Shown here piece by piece: positions 48,701 to 60,367 of a DNA stretch of 64,000 nucleotides. The stretch is from Tubiluchus corallicola. Lineage: Eukaryota > Animalia > Priapulida. A program made the position numbers and the translations under genes. Numbering within the stretch: position 1 is the stretch's first letter; each line of letters opens with the position of its first letter. The stretch covers positions 72,985 through 136,984 of the forward strand of contig JAQGDQ010000576.1 in assembly GCA_030141605.1 (NCBI GenBank), given 5' to 3'. The notes beneath the pieces were generated by a model. The model was not told the DNA's origin, did not search any database, and saw nothing but the letters and a program-made list of their open reading frames with translations.

Positions 48701-51700
48701 ATGCACAACAACATGGCTTTACACAGCGTATTGTTCTCAATGCCCTAATTAAGATTAAATTATTATTATTATTTTAATTAGTTATTATTGCTTAACATTG
48801 TATCTCGACACTAGGAGCAGCTGCACAAGCAGCCAACGACTAGAGGACGGAGGAGGTCAAGTGACCCAACGGCCATGTGTAGAGGAGTAAACCTTCTAAA
48901 TCAGGAGTGGAGCCCCGAAGGCGGACCAGTGCAGCATACTCACTGACTCTGGCAGCTCTTGCAGCCAACCTGGTGCCAAACGTATCGCTCTGCTTTCCTT
49001 TGGACTACACCAGGGAGGAAGAGAGGGGGTTCCTGTTGTCTGGGCAACTCAGGATCTCCATACACCTTGCCCAAGCGTGCACCCTGGAGACGTTCAAGGA
49101 TCACACTGCTCAGCCACAGTCGACGCTGCAGCTCCATCAATGTGATCAATAACTGACTCTCTTGGCGCACATTCCATTGTCTTCCGAGACAGAAGGATAC
49201 CAACAACAACAACAATTGCTTAACATTGATTTCTGGCCACATACAGTTAAGCATTACAATTTAACTATTTTGCAGCTTTACTTGATTATATTTAGTTTTG
49301 GTAATAATGAAGTAGAATTTTCTTGCTATTTTAGTGGCATTTTCCAGCTTCTACTGTTGCTGCTGCTAGTGGCGTTGTCGCCATCGTTGCTGCCAACACC
49401 TTAACCACCACAAAATTGTTACTACTGCCACTACTGCTTAATACTTTATAAATACGTGAACAATAAAGTGTTATTCTTCACGTATATATGAAGTATTTAG
49501 CAGTAGTGGCAGTATATATATATACATACATACATACACATACATACATACATACACACACATACACACATATATACACATATACATACACATACACACA
49601 TATATACACATATACATACACATACACACATAAATACACATACACATACACACATATATACACATACACATACACATACACATATATATATATATAAATA
49701 CATATTTAGCAGTAGTGGCATCTACTGTTAAGCAAAATTAATGCTTTTTTGTGAAAGGCAATTATGACTGCTAAATTATTATGACAATTTTCAAAAGCAA
49801 CTTACTTGAGTGTATCCTGGATTAACACCAAGGTTTTGATGAGTAGATTTACCGTGGTCATCCAGAGCGCTTTTACTCTGCCCCCAAGGGGAAAGAGTTG
49901 AATAATCAGGCTCTTCTAGAGGGGCTTCATCATCTTTACCCCCTCGGGCTGGGTTTTTTCTGTAGAAATAAAGCAAAGTCATAATTATATGGAATTTACA
50001 TGGAAACGTTTTGTATAAGTTTGCAAACAAGCCCTGTGCTAAAATCTGCAACACCTAATAAACAACCATCATGGTGAAGCGACTTCAGAACAGAAGAGCT
50101 ATATTCGGACCGGGTGTTAAACAGGTTAGCTTCACGCTGCATTAGGCATAGGTACAGATTATGCAAAACAAGGCATCATTGATACATCTTTAGAGCTAAT
50201 GTTAACATAGCGCAATCTATTATCTTTCTTCCTATCATTTCCACTAACACATCCTTCTACCCTTCCTGTGTGATCTAACCTTTCTCCCAGTTCTTTTTTT
50301 GTTCACTCATCCATTCTTTTTTTATCGGGTTCACATGACAGTGGGCTTATACAAGCCTTTGCTTCTCTAGCCCACTGCAGTACAATTATTCTTTTATGAT
50401 AACGATAGTTTATGAAACATAATAATTCAATATAGTAGATGTAATAATTTTGATGTCACTGTGTGCTTTATATTGTACTGAATGTGATAATAATAATAAT
50501 AATAAATAATAAATAAATAAAAATAGGTAACAGCAATTTTCATTACGGTAGCTTGGCGCTTATTCTAACAGAACTTAATACTGTTATAATTCTACTTCAG
50601 TGTGGCTTTAATTTACATTCTATCTTAAAGTGGTTTTAGCCAATCACTGTGGTTTTACTTGTATTCTAGTTTTTAACTAATTTTTTTTATAAATCTGGTT
50701 TTAGTGTGACTTTATAAATTATGCTACTAATGCTGTGAGTAATAAATTATGAATGTTTCTGATATGATGTGGATCGTGGTTATTTTAACCCTTTCAGTCC
50801 CAAATTATTTTTTTAATAAGAAGAAATTTTTTGGCTTGGTACTTTTGTTCAGTATGTCCATCTTGTTTACACATAATTATTTTTTTCTACCTGTGCCCGT
50901 GTGCTAAATATAGCCTGTGTCCCACGGGATACATTGGGATTCAATGGAAGCATAAAATGTGCTTCATTTTGCAACTGCTGATAATTTTTTGAAGTATTTA
51001 AGACATTTAGTATGTATGCTATGCTGATCTGTACAAAGTAGTCTCTAAAGTACTGTACCTTGCGCAGTTTTTATGCTATGAAGATTTTCTAGTTTGCCAT
51101 TTTATCACCATTTTAGTCTATTGTTAGTCTAACTGTCAGATAGTTTGCAATAACTTGCTGACAGTAACGCACAAAGGCGTACACACTAGACAACAAAACA
51201 ACTCGCAGTAACTATCAGAGAGTTTGCAATAACTTGCCGACAGTAACTCGCAGAGGCGTACACACTAGACAACAAAACAACTCGCAGTAACTATCAGAGA
51301 GTTTGCAATAACTTGCCGACAGTAACTCGCAGAGGCGTACACACTAGACAACAAAACAACTCGCAGTAACTATCAGAGAGTTTGCAATAACTTGCTGACA
51401 GTAACTCGCAGAGGCCTTTACACTAGACAACAAAACAACTCGCAGTAACTGTCAGAGAGTTTGCAATAACTTGAAGACAGTAACTTGCAGAGACGTACAC
51501 ACTAGACAACAAAACAACTCGCAGTAACTGTCAGAGAGTTTGCAATAACTAGCGGACAGTAACTCGCAGAGACGTACACACTAGACAACAAAACAACTCG
51601 CAGTAACTGTCAGAGAGTTTGCAATAACTTGCCCACAGTAACTCGCAGAGACGTACACACTAGACTACAAAACAACTCGCAGTAACTCTCAGAGAGTTTG

Positions 51701-54700
51701 CAATAACTTGCCCACAGTAACTCGCAAAGCAGTTCACACTGTCAGAGGAAAAACTCGCTAGTCTGAACGAGCCTTTACGAATATCATAATTCTATTCTGT
51801 GACCACGAGTGAGTTTCAACAATTTCCCAAATCGTATCGTAATATGAGCAATGTGAAAAGTATTGTGGATTATTATACATTTTTTTAGTTTATGTTGCAC
51901 GATCAATGTTTACATTTTAGATTTTAAAAGTGAAGACATTAAATATTTGTTAATTATCATTTCTGTTCACATAGTGAATTTCAAACATGTTACTACGTTA
52001 CTGTTCGCTTGCTTGTGGTCGACTGTGAATCTCCTGTGTATCTGAGATAAATGAAGTTTCTTCCACCAGGTTTGCTGAACTGGCTTCATTTTTCGTCACT
52101 CCTAACGCCACCTGTTGATTACTTTCGGCAGGTGAGCGTAACGAAGGCGCTTCTGAAATAAAACAGCAAAATGAACTTTGAAAAGAGCCCAGTTAAAATA
52201 TCAACTGAAAGTAAGTGGGTTATTTGTTTCTTGCTTGTTTGTTTGTCTGTTGTTCTCTTCGCTTCATTGTTTTAGTTGTGTAGTTCCTTTTTCTTCTTTC
52301 CTGTCTATTTTTCTTTTTTTATTAATTCACTTAGGAGAAGAATAAGAAAGGCTAACAAGGAAAAAACTAAGTGGATTAATAAAAAAAGAAAAAATAGACA
52401 AGAAAGAAGAAAAATCCTCTTCGTCCTTCCTCCTCTTTCGACTGTGCGGCCGCCTCTTTCTCCATCGTCTCTCTTTTTTCCTTTCTCTGCCTATCCGATC
52501 ACTCTTTCATTCATTCATTTTTTCCTTCGCCTTTTGTTTTTCATCCCATCTTCCTTCTTCATCTTACTCCTTCTTTCTCTTTATGCCTTTGCGATTACTA
52601 TTTCCTCACTTTTTGACTTGCTTAGTCTCTTTTTTGTTGCTTCTTAGACCTGTTCCTCATCACCTGTGAAAGTCATGTTTGAAGTTGTTGATCACTCACT
52701 TTGTTATGATTGAGTTTAGGCACAGAAGTATGAACAAGAATAAAAAATCTGTAATACGTATTTGCACTGCAGACAACAGAAAAGTGTTTATTAAAACTAC
52801 AGACACATGAGTATCATGACTGCTGCACTGAACACTGAGAGTGAGAGAGTCTCCTGCACTGAACACTGAGAGTGAGAGTCTCCTGCACTGAACACTGAGA
52901 GTGAGAGTGTGAGAGTCTCCTGCACTGAACACTGAGAGTGAGAGAGTGAGAGTCTCCTGCGCTAAACACTGAGAGTGAGAGAGTGAGAGTCTCCTGCACT
53001 GAACACTGAGAGTTAGAGAGTGAGAGTCTCCTGCACTGAACACTGAGAGTGTGAGAGTCTCCTGCACTGAACACTGAGAGTGAGAGAGTGAGAGTCTCCT
53101 GCACTGAACACTGAGAGTTAGAGTGTGAGAGTCTCCTGCACTGAACACTGAGAGTTAGAGTGTGAGAGTCTCCTGCACTGAACACTGAGAGTGAGAGTGA
53201 GAGTTTCCTGCACTGAACACTGAGAGTGAGAGTGTGAGAGTCTCCTGATCTGAACACTGAGAGTTAGAGTGTGAGAGTCTCCTGCACTGAACACTGAGAG
53301 TAAGAGAGTGAGAGTCTCCTGCACTGAACACTGAGAGTTAGACAGTGACTAGAAAGTAAAACCAGTCAGTATATATAGGTATAGGTGTCCTATGCAGACT
53401 TGCACAGGCTTCACAACAACCATTACTTTTAAATAGGGAGAGAACCAGTGAATATGCATTCACTGGACCATACAATTATACTCGGGGTAAGTAGCTGGTA
53501 GAATGTAACAGGATTAGCCCATAGATGGCAGCACCTAATTAGAATGTACAATTCCAACTTCCACATCACCCAACAACATACCTTTGCCATCATCAAGTTT
53601 ACTCTCATGCTCAATCAGCTGCTTGACCACTGCTGACGCAATGGGTACCATCATTGCAGTGGTCGCTGTGTTTGATATCCACATGGACAAAAAGAATGTT
53701 ACTGACATGAATCCAAACATTAACCTACAAAAAATCAATTTCTGAACTCAAATTACACAAAAAACAATGGAAATGGGAAGGATTATCCTCTTATAATTTT
53801 ACTAATTAAGATTCAGAAATTTAATGGTATTTTAATGGGCTTACATTTAAACTACAAAACTACAAGATTGAGACCATGTTGATTTATGAGTAGCACTTTG
53901 AATAATTCAACCACAAAATATCAAACAAGCCTTTTCACAGTTTCGTTGTGCGCACGCGCAGTTGCTGTGGGTCAAGTATTAAGTGTACCACGGCAACGGG
54001 TCTTAACTACCACCGTCACGTGACGTGTGAGTAAACCAAAGCCTTTTGCCGCATCAGTTCAGTAACTTCATTTGCTTTGCGTGGACTTTACTTAATTATG
54101 CATTAGTCTGTGCGTAGAGTAATTTACTAGTAGGATCTTGCTTACGAACAAGAAAAAATGAACTAGGTAAGGTTGTAGTTAGCTGTAAAAACTGTTACAA
54201 TTACAATAGCTTGTGCTGCGAAGCGTTATTAAGTGTACGTACATGCGTTGTCTGGTTCACTTAACCTTTGACCTTTTCACGATCATCATCAATCACTGGA
54301 AATTTGAAAACGCTTATTGAAAACAATTCAAAACTTTTGATTTCAAAGCCATTCTCGAGTTCTTTTTCATAGAGAGGAACAAATATGGAAATCGTACCAC
54401 GATATTTGTGATCCCACGAGCAGGAGAACTCGCAGGGCTAAGCGTTTGTGTAAGTTGCAGTGTTCGACAGCAACGGCAACGGTTAGACCGCCTATAAACA
54501 ACATTTGGGCATCCTACAAGAAAAAGTTTAGATTTTATCACCCAAAGATTTCATACAGTAAATTTGATTATTCTAACAGAACCAGGTCACTTGTAGGTCT
54601 TTTGAAACGCGGTATGAGTCAAATATACTTTTATTACAATGATTTTTGTCTCGATCTTGTCCGGGTTTTAGCCGTTTTTTATATACAAGGGTTCATAGGC

Positions 54701-56850
54701 ACTTCTCGATGTCTTTAGGCGTTGCAAGTTGAGTTTTTCTAATAGTGTACCGAACTCTTCTCATGGATTTGTAGGTTTCTGTACTGCCACTCTCTGGGTC
54801 TCGTCTCTTGTGAAGTTTGTTCAATGGCTTAGGGTTAGGATTAGGGTTAAGGTTAATGAGAGGGTTAGGATTAGGATTGGGTTAGGGTTAGGATTAGGGT
54901 TAAGGTTAATGAGAGGGTTAGGATTAGGACTGAGTTAGGATTAGGATTATGGTTAAGGTTAATGAGAGGGTTAGGGTTAGGATTAGGGTTGATGTTAACA
55001 AGAGGGTTAAGATTAGGATTGGGTTAGGGTTAGGATTAGGGTTAAGGTTAATGAGAGGGTTAGGATTAGGATTGGGTTAGGATTAGGGTTAAGGTTAATA
55101 AGAGGGTTAGGATTAGGATTGGGTTAGGGTTAGGAGTAGGGTTAAGGTTAATAAGAGGGTTAGGATTAGGATTGGGTTAGGGTTAGGATTAGGGTTGAGG
55201 TTAATGAGAGGGTTAGGATTAGGATTGGGTTAGGGTTAGGGTTAGGATTAGGGTTAAGGTTAATGAGAGGGTTAGGATTAGGATTTGGTTAGGGTTAAGG
55301 TTAAGGTTAATAAGAGGGTTAGGATTAGGATTGGGTTAGGGTTAAGGTTACATCTAGGTTTAGGGATGGGATACTTATTTTGTGTGGGGAAATGTTAACT
55401 CTTTCCCAATATATAGTTAATTGTAGGTTTGTATCATCACGTCAGTAATTTTCACTTGTGTTTTGTATTTGTATTTGTATTTTCCAAATGAACTTTTGAA
55501 TGCCTTACCTTCATATACGTCTGAGCTACATGAATGGCACTCATAATTCGAAAAAGAGGGAAGAGGACGATAGGCATGAGGGCTGTGACAGCTAGAGGAT
55601 AAACCTCCACCATCCAATACACAGCCATCCAAACCATAATGTAAGCACATCGAGCAGCCTGCAAGCATCGAAGTTTAATGTAAATTTATAACGTTTCAAA
55701 TTTGATCATCAGTTACCATCTAAGTACAAACATGTTTAAGACATTTGGCATTATTTTTTGCTTGGTTGAATGGCTTCTTTTTCAGGGTTTATTTTTTCAT
55801 TAGTAAAAATAATCTTTATGTTTTAATCTTAATCCTAATCTCAATCCTAATCTTAATCCTAATCTTAATCCTAACCTCAATCCTAATCTCAATCCTAATC
55901 TCAATCTTAATCTCAATCCTAATCTTAATCCTAATCTCAATCTCAATCTCAATCTCAATCTCAATCTCAATCTCAATCTCAATCTCAATCTCAGTCTCAA
56001 TCTCAACCTCAACCTCAACCTCAACCTCAACCTCAACCTCAACCTCAACCTCAACCTCAACCTCAACCTCAATCTCAATCTCAACCTCAACCTCAATCTC
56101 AACCTTAATCTCAATCTCAATCTCAATCTCAATCTCAATCTTAATCTTAAAATCTAAGTTTAGCAATCATCCACAATACAATATAGGTTCCACTTTGAGA
56201 AAGTCACATCAAAACTCTAGAAGGCAACTTTATCTACAGCTGTTTAAAGTAGCACTTTCTTTAGCAGATTAAAGAGTAGTTACGATTTACAAAATGCGGA
56301 AAGGAATGAATTTCACACTCTCCATAAAATTAAATATTTTAAAAATAATTCAAAGTACAAAATACAAAAAAGTCAATAAAAACTAGGGATTTGTGCTGGC
56401 TATTTTGGTAAAGTGTCAAATCAAAAAAATCGGCTGAAAAAAAGGTCAAAACTTGGAACAAAGCCAACAAATCGCACTGTCCAACATGTAGCTTGAAATT
56501 TCAACATATATATTATTAATATATATATAATATATTCTATTCTATTATATTATATTATATTCTACTCTATTCTATTCTATTCTATTCTATTCTATTCTAT
56601 TCTATTCTATTCTATTCTATTCTATTCTATTCTATTCTATTCTATTCTATTCTATTCTATTCTATTCTATTCTATTCTATTCTATTCTATTCTATTCTAT
56701 TCTATTCTATTATATTATATTATATTATATTATATTATATTATATTATATTATATTATATTATATTATATTATATTATATTATATTATATTATATTATAT
56801 TATATTATATTATATTATATTATATTATATTATATTATATTATATTATAT

Positions 56851-56881
<31 letters not shown>

Positions 56882-57802
56882 ATATTATATTATATTATAT
56901 TATATTATATTATATTATATTATATTATATTATATTATATTATATTATATTATATTATATTATATATTATATATATTATATACGTATATAAGTATATATA
57001 TAAATTATTTATTTGTCATTAAAATGGTTCACTCATTATAATAAAATTGAGTAAGCCTCAGCGTAATGTTAAAATAACAACACTGTTCAAGACAAATGCG
57101 TCCAGTGCATACTATAAAAAAACTAAAGTGCAAAACTAAGGCCTAATTATGTACAATAAATGAACATATTTACAAACACCATATTAAAATATTTTTACAA
57201 AACAATATTACAAAAGTACGTTAAATTTTTCATGACATATTTTACACTATATATACATTTGACATGACACAATTAACAGAAACATGCTTTACATTACATA
57301 AATTTCACTCATTACATTTACACTATTTATACATTTGACATTACAAAACTAACATGACACGTATTACATTACATAATTTTTAAAAAAAATTCATTTTTAA
57401 TCGTTTTATGGAGTCAGGGGCAGGGGTAGATGAAAGTTGAGTCTGTGTAATTAGTATCAGATGCACAATGTGGAAGTTGAAACCTGTTATACTGATATTC
57501 TTTTAATTCCTTTTAAAAGTGGTGGAGAGATTCTATTAGTTTTATTTCACTGGGTAACATGAACTCTATCTGTTGCATAAAAACGTTTGAGTTTTCAGCT
57601 ATCTTTCAGCCTGGAAATTACAAAAATCACGTGGTCATTTCAGTCAGCAGCTAAATCTATTTAATAACCATGCATGAATACGTACCGGTGTGGGCCAGGC
57701 TAATGGCAAAAAGAGCAAGACAATAGGCGTTCCGAAAGCCACGATAGAAACTCGAAATGCCCAAAGTTCCGAAAAGTATGTCTTCAAAGACGATGGCGCC
57801 AT
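36985..57802 (-). CDS. SLC13: SLC13 family Na+/di-tricarboxylate cotransporter (NaCT/NaDC/INDY-like), paralog B (15 exons, 645 aa)
   Basis: Exons (minus): 57802-57686, 55658-55509, 54513-54398, 53724-53582, 52152-52002, 49959-49806, 48744-48620, 47302-47189, 45610-45515, 44088-43984, 42365-42265, 41566-41448, 39196-39035, 38307-38170, 37131-36985. All GT-AG, same phases as paralog A, 1938 nt. Motifs: [44 protein letters not shown]. Confidence 0.95.
37339..37884 (+). mobile_element. 5S rRNA-derived SINE (SINE3-type), full length
   Basis: 120-nt 5S head at 37339-37458 (gtttacggccatatcacg...gaagttaagc...tagtacttggatgggtgaccgcc...gctgtaggctt) with no T4 terminator, followed by a ~425-nt body shared with two other copies and ending gacagaaggatgccaacaa. 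Confidence 0.88.
38363..38848 (+). mobile_element. Element with ~50-bp TIRs, 96-bp tandem units and a tRNA-like cassette
   Basis: TIR gaatgttcagaaatcattaaagtttatttcacgacaattattacccattgc versus gcaatgggtaataattatcatgaaataaacagcaatggtttgtggacattc; truncated homolog at 8817-9170. Confidence 0.7.
38693..38752 (+). pseudogene. tRNA-like sequence lacking the anticodon arm
   Basis: Acceptor stem gaactgg/ctggttc, D-arm gctc..gagc, T-arm tcggg-ttcaaat-cccga; only aaggg where the anticodon arm should be; TTTT 3 nt downstream. Confidence 0.7.
39551..39892. mobile_element. hAT-type MITE with internal (CT)n
   Basis: CAGGGCCGGCCTTA..TAAGGCCGGCCCTG; flanks share ctaaacc. Confidence 0.85.
40126..40520 (-). 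mobile_element. LINE 3' UTR fragment (same family as 25279-25866)
   Basis: About 390 bp nearly identical to 25279-25670. Confidence 0.72.
41078..41278. repeat. 40-bp tandem repeat x5, TGACCT-rich
   Basis: Unit cactatttgacattgacttgacctttgatttttgaccttt. Confidence 0.93.
42482..43290. repeat. (CAT/CGT)n array punctuated by three copies of a ~60-bp constant block
   Basis: Block gtcaaagccaatatgaaattttcttacccattagtcaaacttctgtctcttggtgactgtgtc at ~42595, 42765 and 42970. Confidence 0.93.
43375..43918. mobile_element. Foldback-like DNA element (same family as 23444)
   Basis: ggttttacatgtca..cgtgtaaaacc with a shared core. Confidence 0.75.
44689..45154. mobile_element. hAT (Charlie-like) MITE
   Basis: cattggtgtgcaaa..tttgcacacccctg, gcggcccg subterminal motifs, atctagat right flank. 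Confidence 0.7.
46455..47082. mobile_element. TTAA-ended (Kolobok-like) non-autonomous DNA element
   Basis: Ends gttgggctcgcc..ttaa; homologous copies at 17343-18144 (same intron of paralog A) and ~9768-10258. Confidence 0.6.
48011..48565 (+). mobile_element. Solo LTR, family L1, with expanded internal repeat
   Basis: TG..CA ends, flanks atatc/atatt (4 of 5 match), about five ctctcagtgttcagtgcagga units. Confidence 0.85.
48801..49214 (+). mobile_element. 5'-truncated copy of the 5S-SINE with (CAA)n tail
   Basis: Body only, (CAA)5 tail, 14-bp TSD attgcttaacattg at 48787-48800 and 49215-49228. Confidence 0.88.
49513..49705. repeat. CA/TA compound microsatellite
   Basis: Direct inspection; flanked by the direct repeat tatttagcagtagtggca. 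Confidence 0.9.
50151..50523 (+). mobile_element. Probable LINE 3' UTR fragment
   Basis: Second copy of 1324-1680, flanked by ataggta. Confidence 0.65.
50789..51130 (-). mobile_element. piggyBac-like non-autonomous element (partial, inverted)
   Basis: TTAA|CCCTTTCAGTCCC; reverse complement of the 35640 family. Confidence 0.75.
51131..51772. repeat. 79-bp tandem repeat (~7.5 units) grown from a dispersed element end
   Basis: cactagacaac recurs at 51184, 51263, 51342, 51421 and onward; terminus aaaactcgctagtctgaacgagc is shared with ~45344-45365. Confidence 0.92.
52665..53565 (-). mobile_element. Solo LTR, family L1, with large internal minisatellite
   Basis: TSD tcacc, about 14-15 internal units (52825-53340), inserted 16 nt into intron 4 of paralog B. 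Confidence 0.88.
54829..55365 (+). repeat. Interstitial TTAGGG-like degenerate array
   Basis: ttagggttaggattagggttaaggttaatgagaggg higher-order units, in intron 2 of paralog B. Confidence 0.9.
55823..56150. repeat. Hexamer microsatellite (AATCTC/AACCTC/AATCCT)n
   Basis: Direct inspection. Confidence 0.95.
56531..56980. repeat. (TATTC)n-(TATTA)n pentamer microsatellite
   Basis: Direct inspection; interrupted by a T run at ~56860-56881. Confidence 0.95.
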
Positions 57803-58316
57803 TTTGTGACAAGATAAGCTTTGGCAGATTTAAACACGTCTAGTTATGCTGTCCAATTAAAGCAACATCACACAAACGAACTAAACAATCTCATCTTGTT
57901 TATTCAACCTCAGATTAGAATAACGATGTAAAAAAATGGGATACATAAGAGACGAAAAATGAACATAACACTTCACTACACAATACAAAATCGAAATCAC
58001 ATCTCGTATGGTATAATTTTTACATACACTCAAACTATGTAAGTGTTATACGTACTACTACTATTCAATACATTCATATTTATCTTGGTTATACTAGTTC
58101 CGGGTTTAATATCATCGCTTTCATAACATTACTATCTCAGATATGTTCATATCGCGAATTCCAAAGTACTTGATTTATTACATTTTGGCTTAGTGCTTTA
58201 ATACGACCCTCTATCTTGAACCAATAAGTTACAGTTGTATCTATTTCACATTGCCAGTACCGGATTAAGGCATGGGCTTTACGGGCTGCAGCCCTGGGGC
58301 CTCCGCCAGTTCAGGG

Positions 58317-58687
58317 TGTGAAAGTCGTGTTTCAAGTTGTAGATCACTCACTTTGTAGAACAAGAATAAAAAACTATACTGCATATTTGCACAAAACTGA
58401 AAAGTGTTTATTAAACTACATACACATAAGTAGAATGACTGCTGCACTGAACACTGAGAGTTAGACAGTGACTAGAAAGTAAAACCAGTCAGTATATATA
58501 GGTATAGGTGACCTATGCAGACTTGCACAGGCTTCACAACAACCATTACTTTTAAATAGGGAGAGAACCAGTGAATGTGCATTCACTGGACCATACAATT
58601 ATACTGGGGGTGAGTTTAGCTAGTAAAATGTAAAAGGATTAGCCCATAGATGGCAGCACCTAAAAATGTACAATTACAACTTCTACA
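58317..58687 (-). mobile_element. Solo LTR, family L1, inserted in a GC-rich MITE end
   Basis: TSD caggg; interrupts ccagtaccggattaaggc...ttcaggg|acctcc. Confidence 0.85.
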
Positions 58688-58846
58688 CAGGGACCTCCAG
58701 AAATTAAATGAAATTAATTTCCTGTGAAAAGTTATTGAATAATTAGAGTAGAAGTATTCTGAATTATCTCTTTAAAAACAGGTCAATTAATTAATATTCA
58801 GTTTAATAATACACTGGAATTATTTTCTTGTCCATTATTTCAACTC

Positions 58847-59151
58847 TGTGGAAGTTGCAATTGTACATTATAATTAGGTGCTGCCATCTATGGGCTAATC
58901 CTGTTACATTCTACCAGCTGACTTACCCCCAGTATAATTGTACAGTCCAGTGAATGCATATTCACTGGTTCTCTGCCTATTTTAAAGTAATGATTGTTGT
59001 GAAGCCTGTGCAAGTCTGCATAGGTCACCTATACATATATATACTGACTGGTTTTGCTTTCTAGTCACTCTCGGCGTGAGCCCCCCCCCCCCCCCTGGAG
59101 GGTGAGGCCCTAGGCGGCTGCCTAGTTTGCCTATGCTTAAGGCCGGCCCTG
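58847..59151 (+). mobile_element. 5' half of an L1 LTR fused to an inverted hAT-MITE end
   Basis: LTR sequence 58847-59072, then the reverse complement of the left arm of the 39551 MITE (59073-59151). Confidence 0.75.
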
Positions 59152-59578
59152 CCTTTCGTAAGCAGCGCTGCTTAAACTGTTTCAAACTATCTAAGCGTTC
59201 ATACAATATATCATAAAATTAATTGTCTTATTTTTGTAGAAACTTATTACACTTTTGACGAACATCGACAGTGCGCTACTTTTGTTCAGGACGAATGACG
59301 TCACTAAGGGAAAAACGGAAGCACCCAAGAGTGAGATAACCGCGCAGTTAAAGTGATTTTACTAATTACGCAAGACGCTTATCACGATTTTATTACTAAA
59401 TCCTTCTCGCGATCATTAAAGTAAGTCTAATTTCCCAGTAGGCCTGACCGTTCCCTTAATATACAGAATGTAAGTGTAAAAACATTTTTCAGCAGGGAGC
59501 TAGAAATTAATAACGGATCTTCTCCATGTGAGATTGAACATGACAGAAGGTTGGTGTAACTACAGAAATAAATACATT

Positions 59579-60026
59579 TGTAGAAGTTGGAATTGTACAT
59601 TTTAATTAGGTGCTGCCATCTATGAACTAATCCTGTTACATTCTACCAGCTAACTTACCCCCAGTATAATTGTACGGTCCAGTGAATGCATATTCACTGG
59701 TTCTCTCCCTATTTTGAAGTAATGGTTGTTGTGAAGCCTGTGCAAGTCTGCATAGGTCACCTATACCTACATATACTGACTGGTTTTGCTTTCTAGTCGT
59801 TCTAACTCTCAGTGTTCAGTGCAGGAGACTCTCACTCTCAGTGTTCAGTGCAGGAGACTCTCACGCTTACTCTCTCATTCTTAGTGTTCAGTGTAGCAGT
59901 CATGCTACTCATGTGTCTGTAGTTTAATAAACACTTTTCTGTTTTATGCAGTGCAAATATGTATTATAGATTTTTTATTCTTGTTCTACAAGTGAGTGAT
60001 CTACAACTTCAAACATGACTTTCACA
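59579..60026 (+). mobile_element. Solo LTR, family L1
   Basis: TGTAGAAG...CTTTCACA ends, TSD acatt. Confidence 0.87.
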
Positions 60027-60367
60027 ACATTGATTGTTATACTATTGTCAATGTGTAAAATAGAAAACGATACAAATGAAGAGCTATTTTGAGCTTAAGG
60101 ATAACAAGCAAAGATTACCTAATGAGAGAATAGCAAGGATAGATGATACAAACTGCAACAATTGCATAAAGTGGCTGAATATGTTGAGATATGTACGATA
60201 AACCAACACACATTTTGGAAAGTTGAATTAAAAGTGAAGTCTTCAATTCAGAACAAAGAAGAAGAAGAAGTCTAAAATACGCTAAAATATGATCTGGCAA
60301 ACTAAAGAGTGTTTGCTCATCTGCTGATGAAGTGGAACTAGCGGAATCACATGAGTCATTAAAATAT

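Noticed and set aside
55745-56272. Ile/Ser, Arg/Leu and Glu/Ile repeat ORFs
   Set aside because: Hexamer microsatellite in intron 1 of paralog B.
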